Below, one piece after another: positions 1-10,419 of a stretch of 64,000 bases of DNA. Under the pieces are notes generated by a model, which did no database searches, was not told the DNA's origin, and worked only from the letters and a program-made list of their open reading frames with translations. A program made the position numbers and the translations under genes. Numbering within the stretch: position 1 is the first letter of the stretch; every line of letters starts with the position of its first letter. The stretch is from an uncultured Flavobacteriales bacterium (GTDB taxonomy: Bacteria > Bacteroidota > Bacteroidia > AKYH767-A > 2013-40CM-41-45): the NCBI GenBank assembly GCA_964544885.1, contig CAZJDX010000004.1, positions 100,293-164,292 of the forward strand, in the 5' to 3' direction.

Positions 1-443
1 AATGCATTTCCGAGTGTAAGCCAGGGCCAGGACAGTTCCCAGTTCAGGTGTAAAAATTCGAACGCCACCCAATAACAGATAAGAGAAAAATAACCCACCA
101 ATGTTCCGTACCGTTTTCTCGTACTGAAATAGGTAAGCCAAATGATGGTCATCAGCAAACTGTTTGCGGCGATGGCAACGACACTACCTGCATTGGATGA
201 ATACCAGATCCAGTAGGTGCTTAATCCGTTCCAGCTGAGAAAAGTGAGGTAGTAATAAAAGAACATCCTGAGATGAGCGCGGCGTCTTTCACTTGCAAGT
301 GCCTGTTCTTCGAGCCAGAGGAGCGGAATGAATGCAAAGAAGATAAACGGACTGAAGCCCCTTTCAGGCCAGGCAAGCCAGAGCAGGCACCCGCTGAGAA
401 GCGCAATAAAGCTTAGTAGGACTGCAGATCTTTTTTTGCTCAT
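1..443 (-). CDS. lnt: Apolipoprotein N-acyltransferase (Lnt), N-terminal fragment; the gene runs off the left edge of the window. Absent from the ORF track, presumably because no stop codon lies in the window.
   Basis: Reverse-complement translation from the ATG at 443..441 gives MSKKRSAVLLSFIALLSGCLLWLAWPERGFSPFIFFAFIPLLWLEEQALASERRRAHLRMFFYYYLTFLSWNGLSTYWIWYSS...WPWLTLGNAF with no stop to position 1. The multi-TM N-terminus and the W-P-W-L motif match the Lnt family architecture. The ORFs the track lists here (221..406 -, 328..561 +) are in other frames. Confidence 0.6.
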   Translation of the reverse strand, partial: MSKKRSAVLLSFIALLSGCLLWLAWPERGFSPFIFFAFIPLLWLEEQALASERRRAHLRMFFYYYLTFLSWNGLSTYWIWYSSNAGSVVAIAANSLLMTIIWLTYFSTRKRYGTLVGYFSLICYWVAFEFLHLNWELSWPWLTLGNA

Positions 444-807
444 TTTCTACTGCAAGATTGTTAAAATTATACTTTCCGGGAAATGCTTTTCAATAAAGGA
501 TATCTCTAAATACCAGATTTTCTTATGTGCACAAAGATTTATTGCTTTCAGAACAATATAGAAGAATATACTGAAACCACTAACTGTTGGTGAGTACCGG
601 AACCTGCCTGTCAGGGTTTGGACGGTGTCGGTATGAAACGCTTAAATCAATCTTTTTTTATTTTCATTTTCACAAATAAAACTTCAGCGCCTGATTCTTA
701 TTCTCCGAAAGCTAACGTCATGTGCCAATTCCACCTTGCTGCGTCGGAACCGAATAGTATGAAGGAATCGATGGCAGTGCCTTCCGGAGTCTGCGTACAG
801 ACATTAC

Positions 808-1581
808 TCAGGAGACATCTTTCTTTACAATATAAGAAGTGTTAGCCTGAGCAAGTGGTGTAACGACGATATCGTTCAATACGACATGAGCGGGTCTTGT
901 CGCAGCGAAGTATGCGATATCGGCGATATCGTCAGCATGCAGAGGTTCATAGCCCTGATAAGCCTTTTTGGCCCTTTCCACATCTCCGTGGAATCGTACC
1001 AGAGAAAATTCAGTTTCAGCGGCGCCCGGGTCAATGGATGTTACCTTGATGCCATGCTCGAGAAGATCTATCCGCATACTTTTAGTGAGTGCGTCAACCG
1101 CATGCTTGGTGGCACAGTAGACATTACCTTTAGCGTAAGCCTCCTTTCCCGCTATGGAACTGATATTGATAATATGACCGCGATGTTGCGCCACCATCTG
1201 TGGCATGATTTGCCGTGATACATACAGCAATCCTCTTACATTGGTATCTATCATGAGATCCCAGTCATCGGGATCGCCTTCCTGGATCGTTGAAAGTCCG
1301 GAAGCCAGTCCCGCATTGTTCACCAGAACGTCTATATTTTTCCAGTCATGAGGAAGTGACTGAATACTTCTCGTTACTTCCTCACGATCCCGTATGTCAA
1401 AAGGAAGTGACAAGACACGGGCATTATACTGATCTTTCAGATCCCGTTCGATCGCTGTCAGTCTTTCCTTGCGTCTGCCATTGATGATTACGTCCCACCC
1501 GTGCGCAGCGAATTTATACGCAATGGCTTTGCCGAAACCGGCGGTTGCTCCTGTTATGAAAATTATTTTTCCTACTCCCAT
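808..1581 (-). CDS. Short-chain dehydrogenase/reductase (SDR) family NAD(P)-dependent oxidoreductase (YdfG-like)
   Basis: N-terminal Rossmann motif TGATAGFG, the NNAG motif and the catalytic YxxxK (YCATK); 257 aa is typical for a classical SDR. Confidence 0.9.
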   Translation of the reverse strand: MGVGKIIFITGATAGFGKAIAYKFAAHGWDVIINGRRKERLTAIERDLKDQYNARVLSLPFDIRDREEVTRSIQSLPHDWKNIDVLVNNAGLASGLSTIQEGDPDDWDLMIDTNVRGLLYVSRQIMPQMVAQHRGHIINISSIAGKEAYAKGNVYCATKHAVDALTKSMRIDLLEHGIKVTSIDPGAAETEFSLVRFHGDVERAKKAYQGYEPLHADDIADIAYFAATRPAHVVLNDIVVTPLAQANTSYIVKKDVS

Positions 1582-1626
1582 AATTAAAAATCGTGTGGTA
1601 AATACTAACAGTCAAAGATAAAACAG

Positions 1627-3573
1627 TTATTTGGCATATTCATTCAACTTGCTCCTTTTGACCGAATAACCAAAGTAAATGAGCAGACCCGCCAGCAACC
1701 ACAATCCGAAACCAATCCAGTTAGAGATACCAAGTTCACTCATCATATAGAGGCAGCAAATCAGTCCTAAGAGAGGAATGAGTGAAAGTTTTTTGGAATA
1801 AGCCAGATACGTAAGGACCAGACTGCAGAGCATGAAGATCCACAGAGGGATTTTATGTTTGAACACATCCCAGCCCTTTTCAATTTTTTTGTCTTCGCTC
1901 AGCGGCAACTTAGCTACAAAGGATGAATAAATTTCAGCCGGCAAGGCGCTCAGGTAAGACTCCAGGTCGTAATCGGCTTGTTCAAACCCTTTCGAATCCA
2001 TGCGGAGGGTACTTTCCTTGATCATCTCAAGATCCTCCGCTGACGCGTTTCCGATAAGTTTGGCTGCATCCATTATCAGCGGGTCATTACTGAAAAAGCC
2101 GGCTACTTTTTCGCGGTTATAAGTTACACTCAGTACGATAGCGGTGATGAGGAGAAAAGGCATTATGTACCGGGAATTAATATACGGGGTTTTGAATTTT
2201 CCTCTTGGAGCATCGGGCATGGATTCGAGTTTCAGCACCCCCGCACAAACAAGCACAAAGGCGAAAAGAGTTCCGATACTTACAAGGTCGGTCACCATGG
2301 TAAGATTCATGAACAGAGCCGGAACGGCTGTTACAATACCTGTAACAATGGTGGCGAAGGATGGAGTCCGGAATGTTGGATGTATCCTGGAAAATTTCTT
2401 TGGCAAAAGTCCGTCGCGACTCATACTCATCCAGATTCTTGGCTGTCCCAGTGCGAATACGAGCAAAACGCTGGCCATGGCAACGATGGCGCTGATGGCG
2501 ACAATACCGGAAAACCATTGGAGGTTCACTTTTTGAAACACGAAAGCAAGCGGGTCACCCACGGCCAGTTCGCTGAAGTTTACCATTCCCGTAAGCACCA
2601 AGGCAATCGCGACATAAAGTATGGTGCAAATAATGATCGCCCACATCATGCCCCGTGGAAGATCCCGCTGTGGATTTTTACATTCCTCCGCGGTGGTGCT
2701 GATCGCGTCAAAGCCTATATAGGCGAAGAAAACAGCACTCACACCCTGCAGAACCCCGCTAATCCCATTGGGCATGAAGGGATCCCAGTTATCGGTGTTG
2801 ACATAAAAGGCTCCTACGGCGATCACAAGCATGACGATCAAAACCTTAATGACCACCATGAGGTTACTGGCATTTCTGGATTCTCTTATCCCACGGTATA
2901 CTAACCAGGTGATGAGTACTATGATGAATAAGGCAGGAAGATCGGCAACAAGGTGAATCCCCATCAACTGGGGCGCGGTTGACCAGGCGGTATGCGATTG
3001 TTGGAGTGCGGGACTAAGATTACCAAAATCCTTTCCCGCCAGCAGCAAGGCTTCTGCCTTGTTAAATCCGTTCATCGCGCTCAGAAAATCCATCGTCATC
3101 CACGCGGGTAAATGTATTCCGTTTGCTGACAGAAGGCCGGTGAGGTAATCTGACCAGGAAATGGCAACGGTGATATTACCGATGGCATATTCCATAATTA
3201 AAGCCCAGCCAATGATCCAGGCAATGATCTCGCCGAAAGCCACATAGCTATAGGTATAGGCGCTCCCTGAGACAGGAACAATGCTGGCGAATTCTGCATA
3301 GGCGAATGCAGTGAATCCGCAGGCTAAGGCCGTAAACAAAAAAAGAAAAACAACGCCGGGTCCGCCGCTGGCGCTTGCATTGCCTATCGTACTGAAGATT
3401 CCGGCACCTATAATGGCAGCAATCCCGAAAGCCGTCAGGTCTCTCACCCCCAAGTGCCTTGATAATGGCAAATGATCGCCACTGTCTGTGCCATCCGCCT
3501 GTTCAAGTATTTTTGAGACGGATTTTTTTCTGAATAGATTCATAAACTTCAGGGAATTAATTGAGTAAGACAA
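1627..3573 (-). CDS. APC-superfamily amino acid permease (cationic amino acid transporter-like) with a C-terminal two-TM extension
   Basis: Long hydrophobic polytopic protein with the GAGIF...G..ASASGGPG signature region of APC permeases; 648 aa with extra C-terminal TM helices, as in CAT-type members. Confidence 0.85.
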   Translation of the reverse strand: MSYSINSLKFMNLFRKKSVSKILEQADGTDSGDHLPLSRHLGVRDLTAFGIAAIIGAGIFSTIGNASASGGPGVVFLFLFTALACGFTAFAYAEFASIVPVSGSAYTYSYVAFGEIIAWIIGWALIMEYAIGNITVAISWSDYLTGLLSANGIHLPAWMTMDFLSAMNGFNKAEALLLAGKDFGNLSPALQQSHTAWSTAPQLMGIHLVADLPALFIIVLITWLVYRGIRESRNASNLMVVIKVLIVMLVIAVGAFYVNTDNWDPFMPNGISGVLQGVSAVFFAYIGFDAISTTAEECKNPQRDLPRGMMWAIIICTILYVAIALVLTGMVNFSELAVGDPLAFVFQKVNLQWFSGIVAISAIVAMASVLLVFALGQPRIWMSMSRDGLLPKKFSRIHPTFRTPSFATIVTGIVTAVPALFMNLTMVTDLVSIGTLFAFVLVCAGVLKLESMPDAPRGKFKTPYINSRYIMPFLLITAIVLSVTYNREKVAGFFSNDPLIMDAAKLIGNASAEDLEMIKESTLRMDSKGFEQADYDLESYLSALPAEIYSSFVAKLPLSEDKKIEKGWDVFKHKIPLWIFMLCSLVLTYLAYSKKLSLIPLLGLICCLYMMSELGISNWIGFGLWLLAGLLIYFGYSVKRSKLNEYAK

Positions 3574-3633
3574 ATGTAAAAAGATATTTCATTTTATTCC
3601 TGAACTCGCCGGTGACAAGAAGCACATGACAAT

Positions 3634-4938
3634 TTAATTGTCCTTCGCTTTTCGAAAGACATTCAACAGTCGTTGTGAATCGAACGAGCTGACCAACAGA
3701 AACATGAGAAAAGGCAAGGCAGGAACTTTGTATCGAACAAGGGCGCCAAGTATGGGAGTGATGAGTCCGCTTAACGTGAAGATCAGGATAACAAAACAAA
3801 TTGAGACGAGGATCAAGGGATGCAAGGAGCCGGTATTCCTGCGGTGAAAAATGAAAGTGGTAATAGTGAAGCCTGCTATGAACAGGTTTTCAAGGCATGC
3901 CATTAAAATAAAAGGATTCCCATGCACATCCATGGGTAGCGGCCTTATAAAAGTATTCAGAAATGCAAGAGGAGAATTCAGGATGATACTGGTCAGTCCA
4001 TACTCAAGCTGAGGAATGCTGATAACACTCTTTGCCTGTGTGAGTTCTGCCAGTGTATTGAAATTTTTTTGTTTCCAGTAAATGAGATCTGTAAAATTAT
4101 ACTGCGGTAAAATATGGTGAATGTTAAAGATCATCAGGAAGTATAAGCCATAGCAGAATGCGAATTTTAACGGGACCTTCCAGCCGCTCTGCCGGACAGT
4201 CCAGGCCCAGGCCATAAGACCCGGAAGAACAGCGACAAGAACATACAGTTTTATGAGTATCATCAGGAAAAGTCCAAGAATTAATCCGGCATAGACCTGA
4301 AATCCTTTATTGCCATTTAGTGCGCGACTGAAATTCATCATCAGTAAACCGAACGCGAAGAGCAAGAGTCCGTCTTTAAGCAAACCTGAACCCCAGAAGA
4401 GGACGGAAGGAAGCAGGAAGGTTCCGGCAAAAAGTAATTTTTTTGAGCCGGTGAATGAAACGATAAAGGTTTTGTAAAGAAAGATGAGTCCTGCAAATGA
4501 AAGTATATTCAACAAAACAACGTGCACATAATACTTTCCCAGTGATATGAAATGGAACAGGGCATTTAGTCTGATTATGGTTTTGTTGTCATTGAAAAGT
4601 ACATCTGTATTCAGCCATGCATCCATCTGCAGGTAGTACTTTCTCAGTTCCGGAGCATTCGCGTCAATCCCGCTGACCATTCTCAAAAAATCATAAGGAT
4701 TCTCCTGCAGGGCATCGAACATCACCCGGCTGTCATCAAAGAATTTGAAAGTGTCGGCTGTGCTTCGGTCGGTATAGTGATGTGTATATATCAAGCCCAG
4801 GGTAATTCCGGCGAGTACTTTTATCAGAAATGTTGCGGCAAGCCATCCTGGCGGAATGCCGGGCAATTCAAAGGCTTTAAGTCTCAGGACAAGAGCGATA
4901 AAGAGAAAAGTATAAACGGCGGTCAGGATCCACTCCAT
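3634..4938 (-). CDS. Polytopic integral membrane protein of unknown function (about 10-12 predicted TM helices)
   Basis: A 434-aa ORF that is hydrophobic along nearly its whole length; no recognisable catalytic motif. Its function cannot be assigned from sequence alone. Confidence 0.55.
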   Translation of the reverse strand: MEWILTAVYTFLFIALVLRLKAFELPGIPPGWLAATFLIKVLAGITLGLIYTHHYTDRSTADTFKFFDDSRVMFDALQENPYDFLRMVSGIDANAPELRKYYLQMDAWLNTDVLFNDNKTIIRLNALFHFISLGKYYVHVVLLNILSFAGLIFLYKTFIVSFTGSKKLLFAGTFLLPSVLFWGSGLLKDGLLLFAFGLLMMNFSRALNGNKGFQVYAGLILGLFLMILIKLYVLVAVLPGLMAWAWTVRQSGWKVPLKFAFCYGLYFLMIFNIHHILPQYNFTDLIYWKQKNFNTLAELTQAKSVISIPQLEYGLTSIILNSPLAFLNTFIRPLPMDVHGNPFILMACLENLFIAGFTITTFIFHRRNTGSLHPLILVSICFVILIFTLSGLITPILGALVRYKVPALPFLMFLLVSSFDSQRLLNVFRKAKDN

Positions 4939-5070
4939 AAAGCATATTGAACCAAATTTATCAGACCATGAAGAGGTTTAACAAATTCTTTTTGTACTCC
5001 AAAAGTAGAGAAATAAATTATCCCTACTTTTGTGATAAATTCAATTCCTCTTAATTTATAATCATTTGAC

Positions 5071-7302
5071 ATGTCAGAAGTGATGGAGCCGGCAGTAAGT
5101 CTGTCTACTGCTAAAAGCCTGGGACTGCTTGAAGAAGAGTATTCAAAGATCATCCAGTACCTGGGCCGGACTCCCAATTACACTGAGTTAAGTATTTACA
5201 GTGTAATGTGGAGTGAGCATTGTTCGTATAAAAATTCTATCGTCTGGCTTAAGACCTTGCCGAAGGAAGGCCCGCATATGCTTGCGGAGGCCGGGCAGGA
5301 AAATGCGGGGCTCGTCGCCATAGGTGACGGATTAGCCTGTGCTTTTAAGATCGAAAGTCATAATCATCCCAGTGCCATTGAACCTTATCAGGGGGCAGCG
5401 ACAGGGGTAGGTGGTATTAACCGGGACATTTTCACCATGGGCGCAAGACCTGTGGCACAGCTGAACTCACTTCGTTTTGGAAATCCATCATCGGAAAAAA
5501 ACAGGGCCCTGCTGAGAGGTGTTGTCAAGGGAATCGGTGATTATGGAAACGCTTTCGGTGTACCTACTGTTGGTGGCGAATTGTATTTCGATGATTGTTA
5601 CAATGTAAATCCGCTCGTGAACGCCATGTCTGCCGGAATTGTTGAAGCAGGTAAAACTGTTTCGGCCATTTCTTTCGGTTCAGGCAATCCGGTTTTTATT
5701 GTTGGTTCCGCCACCGGTAAAGACGGTATTCACGGTGCGACCTTCGCCTCGGGTGATTTACACGAAGATTCCGCAGACGACCTCCCTTCCGTGCAGGTAG
5801 GCGATCCATTCACTGAAAAATTACTGCTGGAAGCAAGCCTTGAAGTGATAAAAACCGGAGCCGTTGTGGGTATGCAGGACATGGGCGCTGCCGGTATCAT
5901 CTGTTCTACCTCTGAAATGTCGGCGAAAGGGAAGAGCGGAATGATAATTCATCTTGACAAGGTTCCGACGCGTCAGCAGAACATGCTTGCCTGGGAAATC
6001 CTCCTCAGCGAATCGCAGGAGAGAATGCTGGTGGTAGTGAAGAAGGGAAGGGAAGCTGAAGTGAAGGCCGTTTTTGATAAATGGGATCTTAATTGCGTAC
6101 AGATTGGTGAAGTGACCAGCGGAACCCAACTCCGGTTTTATATGGGAAGTGAACTGGTCGCGGATGTTCCGGCTGATTCACTTGTACTTGGTGGAGGCGC
6201 CCCGGTATATCACCGCGAATATGCTGTACCGGCATACTTCAAAGACAATAAACGTTTTTCGATCAATGATATTGATGAACCGCAAGACCTGAAAGAAGTC
6301 GCGGATTTTCTGGTCAGTCATCCCAACATCGCTTCAAGAAAATGGGTTTATCATCAATACGACTCCATGGTTGGAACCGTGAACATGAGTACGAATGCTC
6401 CATCCGATGCAGCCATTGTCAATATCAAAGGAACTGACAAGGCGCTGGCGCTGACCGTCGATTGCAATTCCCGGTATGTATATGCAGATCCTGAGCAAGG
6501 GTGTGCCATCGCGGTAAGTGAAGCGGCAAGAAATATCGTTTGCAGCGGTGCTGAGCCTTCAGCGATAACCAATTGCCTCAATTTCGGTAATCCCTATAAC
6601 AAAGAGGTTTACTGGCAATTCGTTCAGTCAATCAAAGGTATGGCAAAGGCATGCCGTAAATTCCAGACTCCTGTCACCGGAGGAAATGTGAGTTTCTACA
6701 ACCAAAGTTCAGATGAAGGACCTGTATTTCCCACACCAACCATTGGAATGCTCGGTGTGTTGCCTTCCAAGTCGAACAGGATGACGCTGGATTTCAAAGC
6801 CGGCGGAGATTCCATTTATCTGATAGGCGAATCAAAGAACGATATTTCAAGTTCGGAATATTTATATTCATATCATAAGGTAAAAAATTCACCGGCACCC
6901 TCCTTCGATCTTGATGAAGAATATAAAGTGCAGCAACTGGTGAAGTCTCTCATAAAGAAAAAACTCGTCCGTTCCGCTCACGATGTTTCGGATGGAGGTT
7001 TATTCATCGCATTACTCGAATCGGCCATGCCGAATTCGCTGGGTTTTTCCATTGAAACCGACTTTGACTGCCGTGCGGATGCCTTTTTATTCGGTGAATC
7101 TCAAAGTCGTATTCTGGTTTCAGTATCACCTGAACAGATTGATGCCTTCGTGGAATTCCTTGCAGCCAGCGATGTTGAATTCGCAAACCTCGGTGTGGTT
7201 ACCGACGGTGAATTGCTCATTGATGATTCTTCTTTTGGAAATATCGCTGATGCAAAGAACCGGTATGAGAATGCACTGGGCGAATTGATGAAAACCGTTT
7301 GA
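5071..7302 (+). CDS. purL: Phosphoribosylformylglycinamidine synthase subunit PurL (FGAM synthase II)
   Basis: 743 aa with a PurL-type N-terminus (…[14 protein letters not shown]…) and AIR-synthase-related duplicated domains ([14 protein letters not shown]). The length matches the small PurL of split FGAM synthases. Confidence 0.95.
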   Translation: MSEVMEPAVSLSTAKSLGLLEEEYSKIIQYLGRTPNYTELSIYSVMWSEHCSYKNSIVWLKTLPKEGPHMLAEAGQENAGLVAIGDGLACAFKIESHNHPSAIEPYQGAATGVGGINRDIFTMGARPVAQLNSLRFGNPSSEKNRALLRGVVKGIGDYGNAFGVPTVGGELYFDDCYNVNPLVNAMSAGIVEAGKTVSAISFGSGNPVFIVGSATGKDGIHGATFASGDLHEDSADDLPSVQVGDPFTEKLLLEASLEVIKTGAVVGMQDMGAAGIICSTSEMSAKGKSGMIIHLDKVPTRQQNMLAWEILLSESQERMLVVVKKGREAEVKAVFDKWDLNCVQIGEVTSGTQLRFYMGSELVADVPADSLVLGGGAPVYHREYAVPAYFKDNKRFSINDIDEPQDLKEVADFLVSHPNIASRKWVYHQYDSMVGTVNMSTNAPSDAAIVNIKGTDKALALTVDCNSRYVYADPEQGCAIAVSEAARNIVCSGAEPSAITNCLNFGNPYNKEVYWQFVQSIKGMAKACRKFQTPVTGGNVSFYNQSSDEGPVFPTPTIGMLGVLPSKSNRMTLDFKAGGDSIYLIGESKNDISSSEYLYSYHKVKNSPAPSFDLDEEYKVQQLVKSLIKKKLVRSAHDVSDGGLFIALLESAMPNSLGFSIETDFDCRADAFLFGESQSRILVSVSPEQIDAFVEFLAASDVEFANLGVVTDGELLIDDSSFGNIADAKNRYENALGELMKTV

Positions 7303-7499
7303 TCCAACCGGAACCTTAATGCATTGTTAAAGCTTGTCAGGGCATTTCTGAGAGTTGGAGCCGTTTTATTACACGTGCATGGCCTATCTTTTATGATGAC
7401 GACCTCGCCTGGGTAGAGTTCCTCTTCAGCATTGCTTCCTTTAATGAAGTCTTGTTTCTTAAGGAAATGTTCGGAAATTAGCGTGATAAAACAAAAACC

Positions 7500-10391
7500 A
7501 TGAAAATTTTTTATTCCCGTGTAACTGCTTTTGCTTTTCTTTTAATGCTGAGCATTAATCAGAACGCTTATTCACAACTCAAAGCAAGTACGGCGGCAGA
7601 CAGGCTTTCAGGAATTTCTAAGCGAAAGGTTCTTGATCAGAGGTCTCTGGTCTCCAATATTAAATTCAGGAACGTTGGCCCAACCATTATGAGCGGAAGA
7701 GTAAGCGATATAGAAGTCAATCCTTCAGATCCTACGGAATTTTATGTAGCCTACGCTTCCGGCGGCTTATGGCATACAAAGAATAATGGCCAGTCTTTTA
7801 ATCCGCTCTTCGATAATGAGGATGTCATCACCATAGGCGACATCGCAGTCAACTGGAAAAACCGTTCCATCTGGATTGGTACCGGTGAGGTGAACAGCAG
7901 CAGAAGTTCATATGCAGGAACAGGTATCTATCTTAGTGAGGACAGTGGAAAGACATGGGTACATAAAGGCCTTCCTGAGTCGCATCATATTGGGAAAGTA
8001 CTCCTGCATCCTTCCGATGATAGAACAGTATGGGTAGCCGTATTGGGACATTTATTTTCGGCTAATCCGGAACGGGGCGTATATAAAAGCACCGACAAAG
8101 GTTCAACTTGGAAACTGGTCTTGTCTTCAGATGATAATACCGGTGCCGTGGATATGGATATTGACCCCGGAAATCCTTCCATCCTCTATGCATCCCTGTG
8201 GCATCGCGAAAGGAGAGCATGGAATTTTGTGGAAGCAGGTCCCGGTTCAGGTATTTATAAGTCTGAAGACGGAGGAGAAAACTGGAGATTGATCAGCGGA
8301 AGCGGAAGCGGATTTCCCGGAGGAGATGGTCTTGGCAGAATAGGCTTGTCTGTGTATCAAGCTGATCCGCGGATAATTTATGCAGTACTTGACAATCAAA
8401 ACAAGCGTACGGAAGAGGAAGTTCAGGATACCTCAAAGATCGTAACAAAAGACCTTAGGAATATTCCGGATGAGACGTTTTTGAAGCTGGATGACAAGAA
8501 GCTGGATGCATTCCTGAAAGAGAATGATTTCCCTTCGAAGTATAACGCCGGAATCCTTAAATCCCTTGTCAGGGATGATTCGATTCAGGTCAGTGACTTG
8601 GTGGACTATCTGAATGACGCCAACAACTCACTGTTCGATACTCCGGTCACAGGTGCGGAAGTATATAAGAGCCTGGATGCCGGCAGAACATGGAAACGAA
8701 CACACGATCATTATCTGAAGAATCTTTTTTATACATATGGATATTATTTTGGAAAGATCAGTGTCGCAGCTTATGATGAAAATAAAATTTCGGTTTGCGG
8801 AGTACCCTTGCTGTTATCTTACGATGGTGGTAAAAGTTTTAAGTCGATAGATGGAGATAATACTCATGTGGATCATCATGCGCTCTGGATGAATCCGGAA
8901 CGACCCGGCCATATGATTATTGGTAATGACGGTGGTGTAAATATTACCTATGATGATGGCAAATCCTGGTTTAAAGCAAATACTCCTCCTGTTGGACAGT
9001 TTTACAGTGTAGAGGTTGACATGGAAACACCTTATAATGTATATGGAGGTTTGCAGGATAATGGAGTCTGGACTGGACCTTCAACCTACAGCGGCGACAA
9101 GAGCTGGTTGCAGTACGGAAAGTATCCCTATACAGGTCTGATGGGTGGTGACGGCATGCAGGTGCAGGTCGACACCAGGGATAACACCACCGTGTATACG
9201 GGTTTCCAATTCGGATATTATTACAGGATCCTCAAGAATAATCCCAGGGAATCACTTTCCATTAAACCAAGGAATGATATAGGCGAAAAGAATTACAGGT
9301 TCAACTGGCAAAGTCCTGTTCATCTTTCCAGGCATTGTCAGGATATACTCTATTTCGGCTCTAACCACTTTCACCGTTCCATGCTGAAAGGAGAAGAGAT
9401 GCGTACACTTTCACCTGACCTCACTATGAATGACAAGACAGGTGATGTACCCTACAATACCCTGGTAAGTATAGCTGAATCCCCGCTCCGTTTTGGATTG
9501 ATCTATGCAGGTACAGATGATGGTCTGGTATGGATGAGTAAGGACGTCGGCTACTCATGGAATAAAATTTCTGAAGGATTGCCAACAGATCTCTATGTAA
9601 GCAGGGTAAGCCCTTCTTCGCATACCGAAGGCCGGATCTATGTAAGCATGAACGGATATAGGCATGATCATTTTGATCCCTATATTTTTGTTTCTGAAGA
9701 TTATGGAAAGAGCTGGAAAAGCATTTCCTCCGGACTTCCTGCCGAGCCGGTCAATGTCATACGGGAAGATCTGCAGAATGAGAATCTGCTCTTTGCAGGA
9801 ACTGACAATGGATTTTATATTTCCCTTAATCGTGGTAAGGATTGGATGAGCATGAACGGCGATTTGCCGAGAGTAGCCGTACATGACGCCGTGATTCATC
9901 CAAGCGATAACGAAATTATTTTGGGAACCCATGGCAGGAGTATATTTATCGCCGGACTGACAGAGCTAAGAATGCTTACGGACTCTCTGCTTCTTAAGGA
10001 CCTCGAACTTTTCAGCGTAAAGGCACCTGATTTTGACAAGAACTGGGGGAAGGCATTCAGTATGTTTGAGCAGGCAGGTGTGCCTGAATTAGCGGTAGCC
10101 TACTATTCGCGTTCCGCGGCTGTTTCCACCTTCAACATTTATTCCGGCGATGGCCGGATCTTACAAACCCTGAAGGATACGTCTGAGGCGGGAATCAATT
10201 ATATAAGCACTGTATTAACGCTCCGGGAAGCGGATGCGAAGTTGCTCATGAAGAAAAAGACGAAAGTCCCTTATGGAATACCTGTTAAAGCTGAAGACGG
10301 AAATTATTATTTTCCGGCAGGTTCATACCGGTTGGAAATTGAACAGGAAGGTAAAAAGCGGGAATTAAAATTTGAAATCACCGTTAAGTGA
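7500..10391 (+). CDS. Secreted BNR/Asp-box repeat protein, sortilin/VPS10-like beta-propeller (often annotated 'glycosyl hydrolase, BNR repeat')
   Basis: Signal peptide (MKIFYSRVTAFAFLLMLSINQNAYSQ) and at least 10 Asp-box motifs (SxDxGxTW: SEDSGKTW, STDKGSTW, SEDGGENW, SLDAGRTW, YDDGKSW, SEDYGKSW, SLNRGKDW...). Confidence 0.8.
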   Translation: MKIFYSRVTAFAFLLMLSINQNAYSQLKASTAADRLSGISKRKVLDQRSLVSNIKFRNVGPTIMSGRVSDIEVNPSDPTEFYVAYASGGLWHTKNNGQSFNPLFDNEDVITIGDIAVNWKNRSIWIGTGEVNSSRSSYAGTGIYLSEDSGKTWVHKGLPESHHIGKVLLHPSDDRTVWVAVLGHLFSANPERGVYKSTDKGSTWKLVLSSDDNTGAVDMDIDPGNPSILYASLWHRERRAWNFVEAGPGSGIYKSEDGGENWRLISGSGSGFPGGDGLGRIGLSVYQADPRIIYAVLDNQNKRTEEEVQDTSKIVTKDLRNIPDETFLKLDDKKLDAFLKENDFPSKYNAGILKSLVRDDSIQVSDLVDYLNDANNSLFDTPVTGAEVYKSLDAGRTWKRTHDHYLKNLFYTYGYYFGKISVAAYDENKISVCGVPLLLSYDGGKSFKSIDGDNTHVDHHALWMNPERPGHMIIGNDGGVNITYDDGKSWFKANTPPVGQFYSVEVDMETPYNVYGGLQDNGVWTGPSTYSGDKSWLQYGKYPYTGLMGGDGMQVQVDTRDNTTVYTGFQFGYYYRILKNNPRESLSIKPRNDIGEKNYRFNWQSPVHLSRHCQDILYFGSNHFHRSMLKGEEMRTLSPDLTMNDKTGDVPYNTLVSIAESPLRFGLIYAGTDDGLVWMSKDVGYSWNKISEGLPTDLYVSRVSPSSHTEGRIYVSMNGYRHDHFDPYIFVSEDYGKSWKSISSGLPAEPVNVIREDLQNENLLFAGTDNGFYISLNRGKDWMSMNGDLPRVAVHDAVIHPSDNEIILGTHGRSIFIAGLTELRMLTDSLLLKDLELFSVKAPDFDKNWGKAFSMFEQAGVPELAVAYYSRSAAVSTFNIYSGDGRILQTLKDTSEAGINYISTVLTLREADAKLLMKKKTKVPYGIPVKAEDGNYYFPAGSYRLEIEQEGKKRELKFEITVK

Positions 10392-10419
10392 TCGTTGGAG
10401 TTGCCCTTTAGTCTTTCGC

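Noticed and set aside
221-845. Track ORFs 221..406 (-), 328..561 (+), 618..845 (+)
   Set aside because: They have no recognisable motifs. The first two overlap the real lnt reading frame, which is a different frame on the minus strand. The third sits in the lnt/SDR intergenic promoter region and overlaps the SDR 3' end.
2144-2904. ORFs of 113-174 aa antisense to or overlapping the amino-acid permease (2144..2536, 2177..2518, 2380..2904)
   Set aside because: The permease frame is strongly supported by family motifs and its TM pattern. The others are Arg/His-rich, low-complexity shadows.
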